Origin: Erysipelotrichales bacterium
GTDB taxonomy: Bacteria > Bacillota_I > Bacilli_A > Erysipelotrichales > Erysipelotrichaceae
Reading direction: 5' to 3'
Assembly (NCBI GenBank): GCA_038331365.1
Contig: JBBQOY010000001.1
Coordinates: 1-42,564, forward strand
DNA length: 42,564 nucleotides
Positions 26,165-35,895 of this stretch are shown in pieces. A program made the translations under genes and the position numbers. The notes under the pieces are model-generated. The model searched no databases, was not told the DNA's origin, and was given only the letters and a program-made list of their open reading frames with translations. Every line of letters begins with the position of its first letter. The first letter of the stretch is position 1.

Positions 26165-26874
26165 CACTTTTTACAAACATTCAAGGCAAAAGTCCATTAT
26201 CCACAAAAAATGTTGTGATCATACTGGTAACTTATTTTTTAGGCTATATGTTGTTAATTCCATTCATCACGCAACTGATAGATTTATTTTTGATTCCAGG
26301 TTTTCTAACTTGGCCTTATACAGATGTCATAATGCATTCAATTTTGACCCTCTTCTTTTTATACCTTGGTTCAAATCTACTCAGTGAATCCAACAAGCAT
26401 TGGTCGATCATGGTATTTTATGTTCCCATCATTGGCGCAATGGTTATGTTGTGGAGCAACATCTTATTTGGGGTGATAATCTCAGCACTCAGTGGTCAAA
26501 GTGAACCACTGAATCAATCACTTCTTTATGAAATGTTTAAGATCAACAAATTATCCATTATGGTACAAGCCATGGTCTTTGCCCCCATCGTAGAAGAAAT
26601 CATCTTCCGTGGAGTCATTTACCGTCACTTTAAAAGCGCAGGTAGATATTTGATTCCGTTGATTGTATCAACACTACTCTTCGCATCTTTCCATTCATTG
26701 AATGCAATATTAACCGCTCAATGGAGCGATCTATGGTATTTACCTCTTTACGCTTTCATGTCCTTGATTTTGACCTATGTTTATGAGAAAACCCAAAATC
26801 TATACGCTTCGATTTTTCTGCATTTTATCAACAACGCAATATCTATTTTAGCGATGCTCTATGCAATAAAATGA
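26161..26874 (+). CDS. CPBP family intramembrane glutamic endopeptidase (CAAX protease / Abi-like)
   Basis: 237 aa, polytopic, with motifs EEIIFRG, FASFHS and HFINN. It has 4-nt overlaps with both neighbours. Confidence 0.85.
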   Translation: MTLFTNIQGKSPLSTKNVVIILVTYFLGYMLLIPFITQLIDLFLIPGFLTWPYTDVIMHSILTLFFLYLGSNLLSESNKHWSIMVFYVPIIGAMVMLWSNILFGVIISALSGQSEPLNQSLLYEMFKINKLSIMVQAMVFAPIVEEIIFRGVIYRHFKSAGRYLIPLIVSTLLFASFHSLNAILTAQWSDLWYLPLYAFMSLILTYVYEKTQNLYASIFLHFINNAISILAMLYAIK

Positions 26875-29039
26875 TGGAACCTATTGAAATAAGTGGTCGA
26901 TTAATAAAAATCATTTTTCATTCAGAAAGCAACCAATTTACAGTGGGCGTTTTTAAGTTGTATGATCTCAACGAAAAAGAAGTGACAGTGACAGGATACT
27001 TTCCTAAATTTAATAAGGATCTTTTGATTGCTTTAAATGGTGCTTATATTGAACATCCACGCTTTGGAATGCAATTTCAAGTCAATCATTATCGAAGAAT
27101 CTTACCTACTGATCGAGATTCTATCATCGCTTATCTCAAATCGCCACTTTTTAAAGGAATTGGAAAAGGTTTTGCTGAAAAAATAGTCGACACCTTTGGT
27201 GACGATGTTTTAAATCAACTAAAAGAAGACATAAGCATCATCCGTAGAATCAAAGGCTATACCAAAATTAAAGAGGATGCGATTTATGAAGGCTTGATTC
27301 TCGCGGGTGAAAGCGAAGAAGCCATGAAATTTTTCACAACCCATGGCTTAGGCATACGCAACATAATGCGACTCGATCGAGTTTATGGAACAAAAGTTTT
27401 GGAGATTGTACGTGAAAACCCTTATCGATTGGTTGAAGAAGTTGATGGAATTGGTTTTAGCACAGCGGACAAACTTGCCTTATCGATTGGATTCGAAGTC
27501 GATGATCCCAGACGTTTAAGAGCCGCCATGATGATGATGGTTTTAAATGAATGTATGCGAACTGGCGACAGTTATGTCGAATTTGATGCATTAGAACGGC
27601 TCTTTATGAAAGAATTCAGCGATCAACAACACAACTTTGACAGTATCCTCAATGATTGTGTTCGGCAAAATAAGATTGTTCGTGTCGATCAACACTATTT
27701 CCACCCTTCTCAATACACGACTGAGCTTTTTATCGTTAAGTATTTTGAAACTTACCCCAATGAAATTCTAGATCCTGTTGAATCATCAGATTTGGATCAA
27801 GTTTTATTAGAACGCGAACATCGTTTGGCAATTCATTATGATGAACTTCAAAGTTCAGCAATCCGTACTTTCTTTTCTGAATCCATTACAATTTTAACTG
27901 GTGGACCAGGGACGGGTAAGACCACGGTTGTTGGAGCCATGATCGATTTGTATAAAAAGCTCTACACTTCATCCTCTGTTGTATGTTGCGCACCAACTGG
28001 GCGTGCCGCAAAACGTCTCAATGAATTGACGGGAACGGAATCGACTACGATCCATGCCTTACTTAAGTGGGACCTTGAAGCCAATACCTTTGGAAAGAAT
28101 GAATCCGATCCTTTATCCTTGGATTGTTTGATCATCGATGAGTTCTCGATGGTGGATACTTGGTTATTTGGGAATCTACTTAAAGCGTGTTCAAATGTTA
28201 AAAAAATATTGATTGTAGGCGATGTCGATCAATTACCTTCTGTCTCACCAGGATCCGTCTTAAATGACCTTATCGAATCCAATCGATTTAAAGTCATTGC
28301 TTTACAAACCATTTATCGTCAGAAAGAAGGCTCCGATGTGATCGAATTGGCCCATCAGATCCGGGAAAATAGAGTCGATCTCCAAGATTTAACAAAAGAC
28401 ATTCGTTGGATTGATTGTTCAGCCATAGAAGCCAAACAACTGATTCTAAAAATTTTTTCCCAAGCTTTAGAAAAAGGCTACTCGGTGAGTGATATTCAAG
28501 TGTTAGCCCCGATGTATAATCGTCAAGCTGGAATTGATGCACTTAATCATGCTGTTCAAAAGATGGTCAATCCACCCACTCATGAGCATCCTGAATTTCA
28601 AGTTGGCTATGTCACCTACAGAGAAGGTGATAAAATACTCCAGTTAAAAAACCAACCCAATGATGATGTTTATAATGGCGATATCGGGATATTGATTGAA
28701 GTCATTCATGCAAAAGATGATGAAAATAAACAAAATCGCTTAGTGGTTGATTTTGATGGCCGAATCGTAGAATATACTTCAGAATCCTTTATCAATATTA
28801 CCTTAGCCTATTGTATTTCCATTCATAAATCACAAGGCAGTGAATATCCGATTGTAATCTTGCCAATTCTCAATGAACAAAAAAATATGCTACAAAGACG
28901 CTTGCTTTATACTGCCATTACTCGAGCTTCTAAATCATTAATTTTAATCGGTGAAAAAAATGCTTTTCTATATGGACTTTCTAAAAAAGATGAAAACCCT
29001 AGAAAAACCTGTCTCCTAGAGTATTTGAGAAATCATTAA
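26871..29039 (+). CDS. recD2: ATP-dependent RecD2-type DNA helicase (SF1B)
   Basis: 722 aa with an N-terminal RecD2-type OB-like region, HhH regions, Walker A GGPGTGKTT, DEFSMVD, GDVDQLPSV and SIHKSQGSEY. Confidence 0.92.
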   Translation: MMEPIEISGRLIKIIFHSESNQFTVGVFKLYDLNEKEVTVTGYFPKFNKDLLIALNGAYIEHPRFGMQFQVNHYRRILPTDRDSIIAYLKSPLFKGIGKGFAEKIVDTFGDDVLNQLKEDISIIRRIKGYTKIKEDAIYEGLILAGESEEAMKFFTTHGLGIRNIMRLDRVYGTKVLEIVRENPYRLVEEVDGIGFSTADKLALSIGFEVDDPRRLRAAMMMMVLNECMRTGDSYVEFDALERLFMKEFSDQQHNFDSILNDCVRQNKIVRVDQHYFHPSQYTTELFIVKYFETYPNEILDPVESSDLDQVLLEREHRLAIHYDELQSSAIRTFFSESITILTGGPGTGKTTVVGAMIDLYKKLYTSSSVVCCAPTGRAAKRLNELTGTESTTIHALLKWDLEANTFGKNESDPLSLDCLIIDEFSMVDTWLFGNLLKACSNVKKILIVGDVDQLPSVSPGSVLNDLIESNRFKVIALQTIYRQKEGSDVIELAHQIRENRVDLQDLTKDIRWIDCSAIEAKQLILKIFSQALEKGYSVSDIQVLAPMYNRQAGIDALNHAVQKMVNPPTHEHPEFQVGYVTYREGDKILQLKNQPNDDVYNGDIGILIEVIHAKDDENKQNRLVVDFDGRIVEYTSESFINITLAYCISIHKSQGSEYPIVILPILNEQKNMLQRRLLYTAITRASKSLILIGEKNAFLYGLSKKDENPRKTCLLEYLRNH

Positions 29040-29069
29040 CAAAGTGCTAAACTTAAAAAGGAGATTTCT

Positions 29070-29378
29070 ATGAAACGAAACAAAGCGTTAACCTTTATTT
29101 TACTTAATGCATTGACATTTCCCCTCTTTTTAATTTTATTTTTTGGACACTTACCTGAACGTATCCCCATGCAGTTTTCAATGTCAGGTAAAGTGAATTG
29201 GAGTTTGCCATTGACGACAGGCTTGCTTGCTTTCTCAGCTTTTTTCGCGATTTATGTCATCCAACTTTTCTTCAGATTTAGGAAAGACGAAAGTTATCCG
29301 ATGAAAGACACCCTCATTGCATTGTTTATTCCAGAGTTTTTTATTGCGATTCTTATCGTTGCCATGGTCATTAAATAA
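29070..29378 (+). CDS. Small membrane protein, DUF1648-like
   Basis: 102 aa with 3 predicted TM segments. LPERIPMQFSMSGKVNW resembles the DUF1648 signature. SD is AAGGAG. Confidence 0.5.
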   Translation: MKRNKALTFILLNALTFPLFLILFFGHLPERIPMQFSMSGKVNWSLPLTTGLLAFSAFFAIYVIQLFFRFRKDESYPMKDTLIALFIPEFFIAILIVAMVIK

Positions 29379-29387
29379 GGAGCCCAT

Positions 29388-30110
29388 ATGATTCAAATCA
29401 CCAATGTCAGTAAAACGTATTCCGGAAAAGTTAAAGCCGTAGACGACTTAACCCTAACCATCAATCCAGGCGAAATTATCGGTTTTATTGGTCCCAACGG
29501 GGCTGGCAAAACCACCACGATTAAAATGATGACAGGCATCCTAAAACCAGATACCGGCACCATTCTACTTAATGGGATCGATATTCAAAAGGAACCGTTA
29601 GAAGCCAAACGTCAATTCGGTTATGTTTCTGATAACCCTGATTTATTTTTACGTTTAAAAGGCATTGAATATCTTAATTTTATGGCAGACATTTATGAAG
29701 TTTCTGTCTCAGAAAGACGTGAACGCATCGAACATTATGCGAAGATGTTTGATATGAATTCTGCTTTAAGCGATAAGATCCTCTCTTATTCTCATGGGAT
29801 GAGACAGAAAATTATCTTAATGGGCGTCTTGATTCATGATCCGTCGATCTGGATTTTAGATGAACCATTAACAGGTTTAGATCCACAATCTGCTTATGCT
29901 TTAAAAGAAACAATGCGGCTTCAAGCCGATCTCGGTAAAACCGTCTTCTTTTCAACCCATGTTTTGGAAGTCGCAGAAAAGCTCTGTACAAAAGTAGCCA
30001 TCATCAATAAAGGCAAGATCCTTTACTATGGGACTTTGGAGGAACTGAAAAAGAACCATACGGGACAATCGCTTGAAGACATCTTCTTAGAGGTTACCAG
30101 TCATGCGTAG
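29388..30110 (+). CDS. ABC transporter ATP-binding protein (ABC-2 / CcmA-like)
   Basis: 240 aa with Walker A GPNGAGKTT, signature YSHGMRQK, Walker B WILDEP and an H-loop STH. Confidence 0.92.
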   Translation: MIQITNVSKTYSGKVKAVDDLTLTINPGEIIGFIGPNGAGKTTTIKMMTGILKPDTGTILLNGIDIQKEPLEAKRQFGYVSDNPDLFLRLKGIEYLNFMADIYEVSVSERRERIEHYAKMFDMNSALSDKILSYSHGMRQKIILMGVLIHDPSIWILDEPLTGLDPQSAYALKETMRLQADLGKTVFFSTHVLEVAEKLCTKVAIINKGKILYYGTLEELKKNHTGQSLEDIFLEVTSHA

Positions 30111-31746
30111 TTTTTGGGCTTTATTTGTCGTTACCTTGAAAAACACTTTGAGTTTAGTTGAATCAAAAAAGAAAAAAAGCATCTGGACACGACTTTTACC
30201 TGTTTTTCTTATTGTCGCTTTTATTCCGACCTTGTTTAGTTTTTATGTAATGGCTGAAGAAGCTTTAAAACTCTTAATTCCAATCGACCAGACAGGGGTC
30301 ATCTTAGGACTGATGTTAACAGCCATATCAATGATGATATTTTTCTTTGCGATTTTTCTTATCCCTGCTGTCTTTTATTTTTCCAAAGACATTGAAATGC
30401 TTTTAGCTTTACCATTAAAAGCTCGCACCATCGTTTCCGCTAAGTTAGGCGTCAGTCTAATTTATGAATATATCTCTATCGTTGTTATTGGATTGCCAAT
30501 CTTGGCAGCTTACATCGTCAATGTTAAGCCAGAGCCACTCTTTTATTTAATTACATTAATCGTTTTAATTTTTGCACCTTTGATTCCTTTGATTCTAGCT
30601 AGTCTTATTGTGATGATCGTTATGGCTTTGTTTCCTAAAGCCCGTAACCGAGACTTATTCAACTATCTCAGTGGTTTTGTGGCATTGGCTTTTGCGATAG
30701 GGCTCAATCTATCCATCAGTTCCTTCGTTAAAATCGACTCGCAAAGTATGATCAATATGATGATTGAAGGCAATAATTCTTTCATCTCGATATTTGGTTA
30801 TTTGATCCCAAGCATCCCTTTTGCCCTCAAAGCCATGGTGAATTTAAATCTGATCGATTTAGGGATCAGTTTGAGTATCGCTGCTGCCTTTATCGCGCTG
30901 TTCTTATTTGTTTCTGATGTGGTCTACTTTATGGCTGCTGTCGGTGTTAATGAGACTGGGGCATCACGTAAAACTTTAAAAAATAAAGCCTACGCAAAAA
31001 TGACAATAAGTTCAAATCCAATCGTCACATATACCATAAAAGAACTTAAGCTCATGATTCGCACACCGATCTATCTGCTTAATAATATCTCTACAGTGGT
31101 CTTAATGCCTGTGATTTTTTTGGGATCCATTATGACAGGACTTAGTTCTCAAGACGAAGGCATACAGATGATAAAATCAATTCCTTGGTCTCAACCCAGT
31201 GTTTTAGCCTATGTCATCGCCGCAGGTGCGGCTGTGGGCTTATTTATGAGTTCATTGAATCTGATTACTGTTACCGCTATTTCACGTGAAGGAACGAATG
31301 TTTATTTCATGAAATTCATACCAATGTCTTATTTCAAACAAATCCAAGCCAAAGTATTTAGTGGACTTATCATCAGTTCACTTGGGATTATCTTAATGCT
31401 TATCCCCTTTGGTATAGTTTTAAAAATCCCCCCATTGAGCCTTGCTTTGGCTTTTTGTGCTGCCTTATTGAGTGGCGTATTCATCAACTATTTAGGCATT
31501 ATTGTTGATATGATCCATCCTAAACTCGTTTGGGAACAAGAAGCAGCTGCAGTTAAACAAAACATCAATGCTGCTTTTACGATGTTGCCGGCTGCTGGTT
31601 TAGGTGTTGGTTTATTTTTCACGGTTTCTTGGTTTAGTAAACCCTTATGGTTTGCGTTCGCTTTATTTGTTGTTTTCTTTATACTAGATGTTGTTACCAT
31701 TATTGTCGCGAAAAAGGCATGTAAAAAAGCCTTTGATCAAATTTAA
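30103..31746 (+). CDS. Large polytopic putative ABC exporter permease
   Basis: 547 aa with at least 12 hydrophobic segments. It overlaps the upstream ATPase by 8 nt. I recognise no catalytic motifs. Confidence 0.65.
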   Translation: MRSFWALFVVTLKNTLSLVESKKKKSIWTRLLPVFLIVAFIPTLFSFYVMAEEALKLLIPIDQTGVILGLMLTAISMMIFFFAIFLIPAVFYFSKDIEMLLALPLKARTIVSAKLGVSLIYEYISIVVIGLPILAAYIVNVKPEPLFYLITLIVLIFAPLIPLILASLIVMIVMALFPKARNRDLFNYLSGFVALAFAIGLNLSISSFVKIDSQSMINMMIEGNNSFISIFGYLIPSIPFALKAMVNLNLIDLGISLSIAAAFIALFLFVSDVVYFMAAVGVNETGASRKTLKNKAYAKMTISSNPIVTYTIKELKLMIRTPIYLLNNISTVVLMPVIFLGSIMTGLSSQDEGIQMIKSIPWSQPSVLAYVIAAGAAVGLFMSSLNLITVTAISREGTNVYFMKFIPMSYFKQIQAKVFSGLIISSLGIILMLIPFGIVLKIPPLSLALAFCAALLSGVFINYLGIIVDMIHPKLVWEQEAAAVKQNINAAFTMLPAAGLGVGLFFTVSWFSKPLWFAFALFVVFFILDVVTIIVAKKACKKAFDQI

Positions 31747-31784
31747 ACATAAATTCTAAGATTTTTGCGTTATAATACAATCAT

Positions 31785-31814
31785 AAAAATAGTTCAATAA
31801 TATGAACTATTTTT
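31785..31814. promoter_or_regulatory. Perfect 12-bp inverted repeat (AAAAATAGTTCA n6 TGAACTATTTTT), candidate MarR operator
   Basis: Read directly from the sequence. It lies between a TATAAT box (31771..31776) and the marR-like SD/ATG (31826). Confidence 0.5.
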
Positions 31815-31825
31815 AATGGAGTATT

Positions 31826-32248
31826 ATGAAAGAACTCAATGAAGCTTTGCAACAATTCCTATATCTCAATCGACCCAGTCGAAACAATGGTGATTTAAGC
31901 ATTGGTGAACGGATGGTCTTGCGAACCCTCAACAAACATTTAACACCAACAACGAAAGGTATGTTGCCATCGGAGTTGAGTATACATTTGGGCTTATCAC
32001 GCTCTGCCATCACCCCACTGCTCAATAATCTAGAATCTAAAAACTATTTAACCCGCGATGTTAATCCTGATGATCGTCGACAGATTTTAATACGTCCAAA
32101 TCTAACCAAAGTCGATTTTCATCAGCAAAGACAAAAACAACTTGATCAACTCATCAATCGTCTAAATGAACTTGAACAAAAACAGTTGCTTACTCTAATC
32201 GAAAAACTCAATAAGAAAAGTCAAGAAAACACAGAGCAAACCATATGA
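31826..32248 (+). CDS. MarR family transcriptional regulator
   Basis: 140 aa. The wHTH region is MLPSELSIHLGLSRSAITPLLNNLESKNYLTRDVNPDDRRQILI. It overlaps the downstream ABC gene by 4 nt. Confidence 0.85.
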   Translation: MKELNEALQQFLYLNRPSRNNGDLSIGERMVLRTLNKHLTPTTKGMLPSELSIHLGLSRSAITPLLNNLESKNYLTRDVNPDDRRQILIRPNLTKVDFHQQRQKQLDQLINRLNELEQKQLLTLIEKLNKKSQENTEQTI

Positions 32249-33975
32249 TTAAAATGTATGCTTATTTAAAACATACCTGGTGGCAAGCATTGCTCGCCAT
32301 TACTTTTTTAGCCCTACGGGTTATTGCCGATCTGTCTTTACCAGACTTTATGATGAGGATTGTTGATCGCGGCATCTTAAGTAAAGATCTCAACTATGTA
32401 CTCTCAACGGGCATCCAAATGTTGATGTTGTCGTTATTGATTGTTGTTCTATTCTTTATGTCTAGTTTTCTTGCGTCTTATATTGGTGCCAAAGCAAGTG
32501 ATCGGATTCGAAAAGACATCTTTAAGAAGATTGAAAGTTTTTCTCTGATCGAATTTGATCGAATCTCTACGGCATCCTTGATTACTCGTTCAACCAATGA
32601 TGTTCAACAAATTCAACAAATCCTAACGATGTCTTTTCGATTTATTTTAGCGGCACCTTTGTTTGGGGTTGGTGCTTTAATAAAAGCCATTGACCTTACC
32701 CCAAGTTTAAGTTGGATCTTCGCCATCATCTTTCCTTTGATGTTGATCTGCATCTTAATCATCATGAGTTTAACTTCACCTCGTTTTGAAAAGGTTCAAA
32801 GACTTACCGATCACTTAAATTTGATTGCTCGAGAAAGCCTAAGTGGGATCAGAGTAATTAGAGCTTTCAATGCACAAGAAACTCAGGCCAATAAATTTAA
32901 GAAAGTTAACAAAGAAGTTTATTCCAATAACATCATGTTAATGCGAATCATGAGCCTAATGGATCCAATGATTGCTATTTTTATGAGTTTCACCACCCTA
33001 TTAATCATTTGGTTGGCTGCTGATCGAATCAGTCAAGGTTTGATGCAGGTCGGTCAAATGATGGCTTTCTTGCAATATACTGCTCAAGTACTGTCATCTT
33101 TCATGATGTTAACGATGATTTTTACATTTTTTCCACGTGCGATCGTCAGTGCTCGTCGGATTTCAGAAGTACTCGATACGATCCCTTTGATCGTCGACCC
33201 TGAGTTACCTCAATCATTCAATCCTTTAAAACACGGAGAAGTCATCTTCGATCATGTGAGTTTTAAATATCCTCACGCCAATGAAAATGTGCTTCAAGAT
33301 ATAAGTTTTAAAGCAAAAGCTGGTACAATCAATGCCTTTATTGGTTCAACTGGTTGTGGAAAAAGCACTTTGATCAATCTAATTCCAAGGCTTTACGACG
33401 TCAGTGAAGGCACGATTTTTCTTGAAGGCGTGGACATTCGTCAAGTTCCACAAAAAGAATTACGCTCTAAAATTGGTTATGTTCCGCAAAAAGGGATGTT
33501 ACTTTCCGGCTCTATTAAAGATAACCTTATTTTTGGTTCACCAGAAGCGAATCAAGCGCTGATCGAAAAATCAGTGCAAATTGCCCAAGCCACGCAATTC
33601 ATACACGAAAAAACAGATACCTATGACTTTAATTTAGCTCAAGGTGCCACCAATCTATCTGGTGGACAAAAGCAACGTTTATCCATCGCACGCGCATTGA
33701 TTAAACAAGCCCCGATTTACATCTTTGATGATTCTTTTTCAGCGTTAGATTTTAAAACGGATGCGGCTCTAAGAAAAGCTTTGCATAATGAGTTAAGCGA
33801 CAGTACTTTCTTTATCGTTGGGCAACGCGTTAGCACAATTATGCATGCGGATCAGATCATCGTCTTAGAAAAAGGACGAATCGTTGGGGCTGGGAAACAT
33901 CAAGAATTGCTTCAAACGTGTCCAGTTTACTTTGAGATTGCATCCTCGCAATTAAGTCTGGAGGAACTATCATGA
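32245..33975 (+). CDS. ABC exporter TMD-NBD half-transporter, degenerate-site subunit
   Basis: 576 aa with Walker A GSTGCGKST, signature LSGGQ, Walker B IYIFDD followed by Asp instead of the catalytic Glu (codon 33730..33732), and an H-loop Gln instead of His (33823..33825). Confidence 0.92.
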   Translation: MIKMYAYLKHTWWQALLAITFLALRVIADLSLPDFMMRIVDRGILSKDLNYVLSTGIQMLMLSLLIVVLFFMSSFLASYIGAKASDRIRKDIFKKIESFSLIEFDRISTASLITRSTNDVQQIQQILTMSFRFILAAPLFGVGALIKAIDLTPSLSWIFAIIFPLMLICILIIMSLTSPRFEKVQRLTDHLNLIARESLSGIRVIRAFNAQETQANKFKKVNKEVYSNNIMLMRIMSLMDPMIAIFMSFTTLLIIWLAADRISQGLMQVGQMMAFLQYTAQVLSSFMMLTMIFTFFPRAIVSARRISEVLDTIPLIVDPELPQSFNPLKHGEVIFDHVSFKYPHANENVLQDISFKAKAGTINAFIGSTGCGKSTLINLIPRLYDVSEGTIFLEGVDIRQVPQKELRSKIGYVPQKGMLLSGSIKDNLIFGSPEANQALIEKSVQIAQATQFIHEKTDTYDFNLAQGATNLSGGQKQRLSIARALIKQAPIYIFDDSFSALDFKTDAALRKALHNELSDSTFFIVGQRVSTIMHADQIIVLEKGRIVGAGKHQELLQTCPVYFEIASSQLSLEELS

Positions 33976-35795
33976 CCCGCCCTACGGGTCCCATGATGGC
34001 AATGCGCGCTCAAGTCGTTAAACCCAAAAACTTCTATAAAACAATCCAACGCTTAATTCGGTTTACTTCGCCTTTCATTCCGCAAATGATTTTGGTCATA
34101 TTCATGGCCATTCTAGCCACCGTTTTCGGGATCATTGCTCCAAAACTTACAGGAAATATCACCTCAAAGATCGCTGCGGGTCTCTACCTGATTCTGCAAG
34201 GGGTACCAAATGCGGCCATTGATCTTGCCTATGTTCATTCAATTTTGAGAACTTTAGCTTTTCTCTATTTGAGCGCTGCTCTACTTCAATATCTACAATC
34301 TTTCATCATGGTTAGAGTTACTCAACAAATCACATATAATCTCAGATTATTGATTACAGAAAAAATCAACCATTTGCCCTTAAAGTATTTCGATACCGAA
34401 CCCATTGGAGATGTTTTATCTCGAATCACCAATGACGTTGACACAATTGCACAAACCTTTCAGCAATCCATCATTCAAATCATCACCTCCATTACCATCT
34501 TGATTGGAGTTATGATCATGATGCTTACTATTAGTTGGGAAATGACCCTCATTGCATTGATTTCTTTGCCGATCAGTTTATTCTTGGTAACGAGGATCGT
34601 GAAAATTGGTCAGAAATATTTTCAAAGACGTGCCAGAACCTTAGGCTTACTTAATGGCCATATCGAAGAATCCTTTGCAAATCATCCCATCATCAAAGTC
34701 TTTAATGGTGAAACCCATCAAACTAAGATCTTCGAAGATTACTCCACAAAACTCTTTTTAGACAGTTGGAAATCTGAATCCATCTCAGGCATCATGATGC
34801 CGTTAATCAGTCTGGTTTCAAATTTATCTTATGTCGCAGTAAGTGTTTTAGGGGCATCTCTTGTCATTCAAGGCACCTTACAGGTCGGTAGTATCCAAGC
34901 TTTTATTACTTATATTAGAAATTTCAATCAACCGATTAATCAAGTTGCTAATATCGGTACTTTGCTTCAATCGACTGTGGCTTCAGCGGAACGCGTTTTC
35001 GAATTCGTCGATGAACCCAATGAACCAGCAGATCCAAACCCTTCTCAAACTTTTGAAGTTAAAGGAGCCGTTCGTTTTAAACAAGTTGATTTTGGATACG
35101 CTGATGATAATATCTTCATAAAGAACTTAAATATAGACATTAAACCTGGTCAAAAGATTGCCATTGTTGGTCCCACTGGTGCCGGAAAAACAACTTTAAT
35201 CAATTTATTGATGCGTTTTTATGATGTAAAAGGTGGCAGTATTGAAGTAGATGATGTCGATATTCGCGACTTGTCTCGGCATGATTTAAGAAACATTTTT
35301 GGTATGGTTCTTCAAGATACATGGCTATTTAACGGATCTATTCGAGAAAATATTCTATTTTCAGATCCAGAAACCTCTGAAACAGAGATGCGCAAAGCAG
35401 CTGTTTCAGCTAAAGTGGATCACTTCGTTCAAACCTTACCTGAAGGATATGATTTGCTCATCAATGAAGAAGCCAATAATATCTCTCAAGGTCAAAAACA
35501 GCTCTTAACCATCGCACGAGCATTTCTATCTAACCCTTCTATTCTAATTTTGGATGAGGCAACATCATCTGTCGACACACGAACTGAGGTTCTGATTCAA
35601 AAAGCAATGGAAAAATTAATGCTCAATAAAACATCCTTCATCATCGCACATCGCTTATCTACGATTAGAGATGCGGACTTAATCTTGGTTATGAATCATG
35701 GTTCAATTATTGAACAAGGATCGCATTCGTCGCTTATGCAAAAAAACGGTTTCTATACAACCCTTTATAACAGTCAATTTGAACCTGAATCTTAG
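33972..35795 (+). CDS. ABC exporter TMD-NBD half-transporter, consensus-site subunit
   Basis: 607 aa with Walker A GPTGAGKTT, Walker B ILILDEATS, H-loop AHRLST, and a non-canonical signature ISQGQ (35481..35495). Confidence 0.92.
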   Translation: MTRPTGPMMAMRAQVVKPKNFYKTIQRLIRFTSPFIPQMILVIFMAILATVFGIIAPKLTGNITSKIAAGLYLILQGVPNAAIDLAYVHSILRTLAFLYLSAALLQYLQSFIMVRVTQQITYNLRLLITEKINHLPLKYFDTEPIGDVLSRITNDVDTIAQTFQQSIIQIITSITILIGVMIMMLTISWEMTLIALISLPISLFLVTRIVKIGQKYFQRRARTLGLLNGHIEESFANHPIIKVFNGETHQTKIFEDYSTKLFLDSWKSESISGIMMPLISLVSNLSYVAVSVLGASLVIQGTLQVGSIQAFITYIRNFNQPINQVANIGTLLQSTVASAERVFEFVDEPNEPADPNPSQTFEVKGAVRFKQVDFGYADDNIFIKNLNIDIKPGQKIAIVGPTGAGKTTLINLLMRFYDVKGGSIEVDDVDIRDLSRHDLRNIFGMVLQDTWLFNGSIRENILFSDPETSETEMRKAAVSAKVDHFVQTLPEGYDLLINEEANNISQGQKQLLTIARAFLSNPSILILDEATSSVDTRTEVLIQKAMEKLMLNKTSFIIAHRLSTIRDADLILVMNHGSIIEQGSHSSLMQKNGFYTTLYNSQFEPES

Positions 35796-35879
35796 ATTTA
35801 GGCAGGCAGTCATCTACGCTCAATAACCCCAAACCCAATGGTTTCAATATATTTTGATTTAGCGGCCAATATGCTTTTT

Positions 35880-35888
35880 TGATATAAT
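35880..35888 (+). promoter_or_regulatory. Extended -10 element TGATATAAT immediately upstream of the deacetylase lipoprotein gene
   Basis: TATAAT at 35883..35888 with TG at 35880..35881. ATG 35896 follows after 7 nt. Confidence 0.45.
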
Positions 35889-35895
35889 GCAGGTA

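Noticed and set aside
26161-29039. CPBP/Abi-like protease translationally coupled to a RecD-like helicase, considered as a possible phage-defence pair
   Set aside because: The helicase has the full housekeeping RecD2 architecture. It sits in the mnmA-x-recD2 position that, as I recall, is conserved in B. subtilis (trmU-yrrB-yrrC). There are no nuclease, toxin or other defence-type partners and no mobile-element context, so a core-genome operon is the simpler reading.
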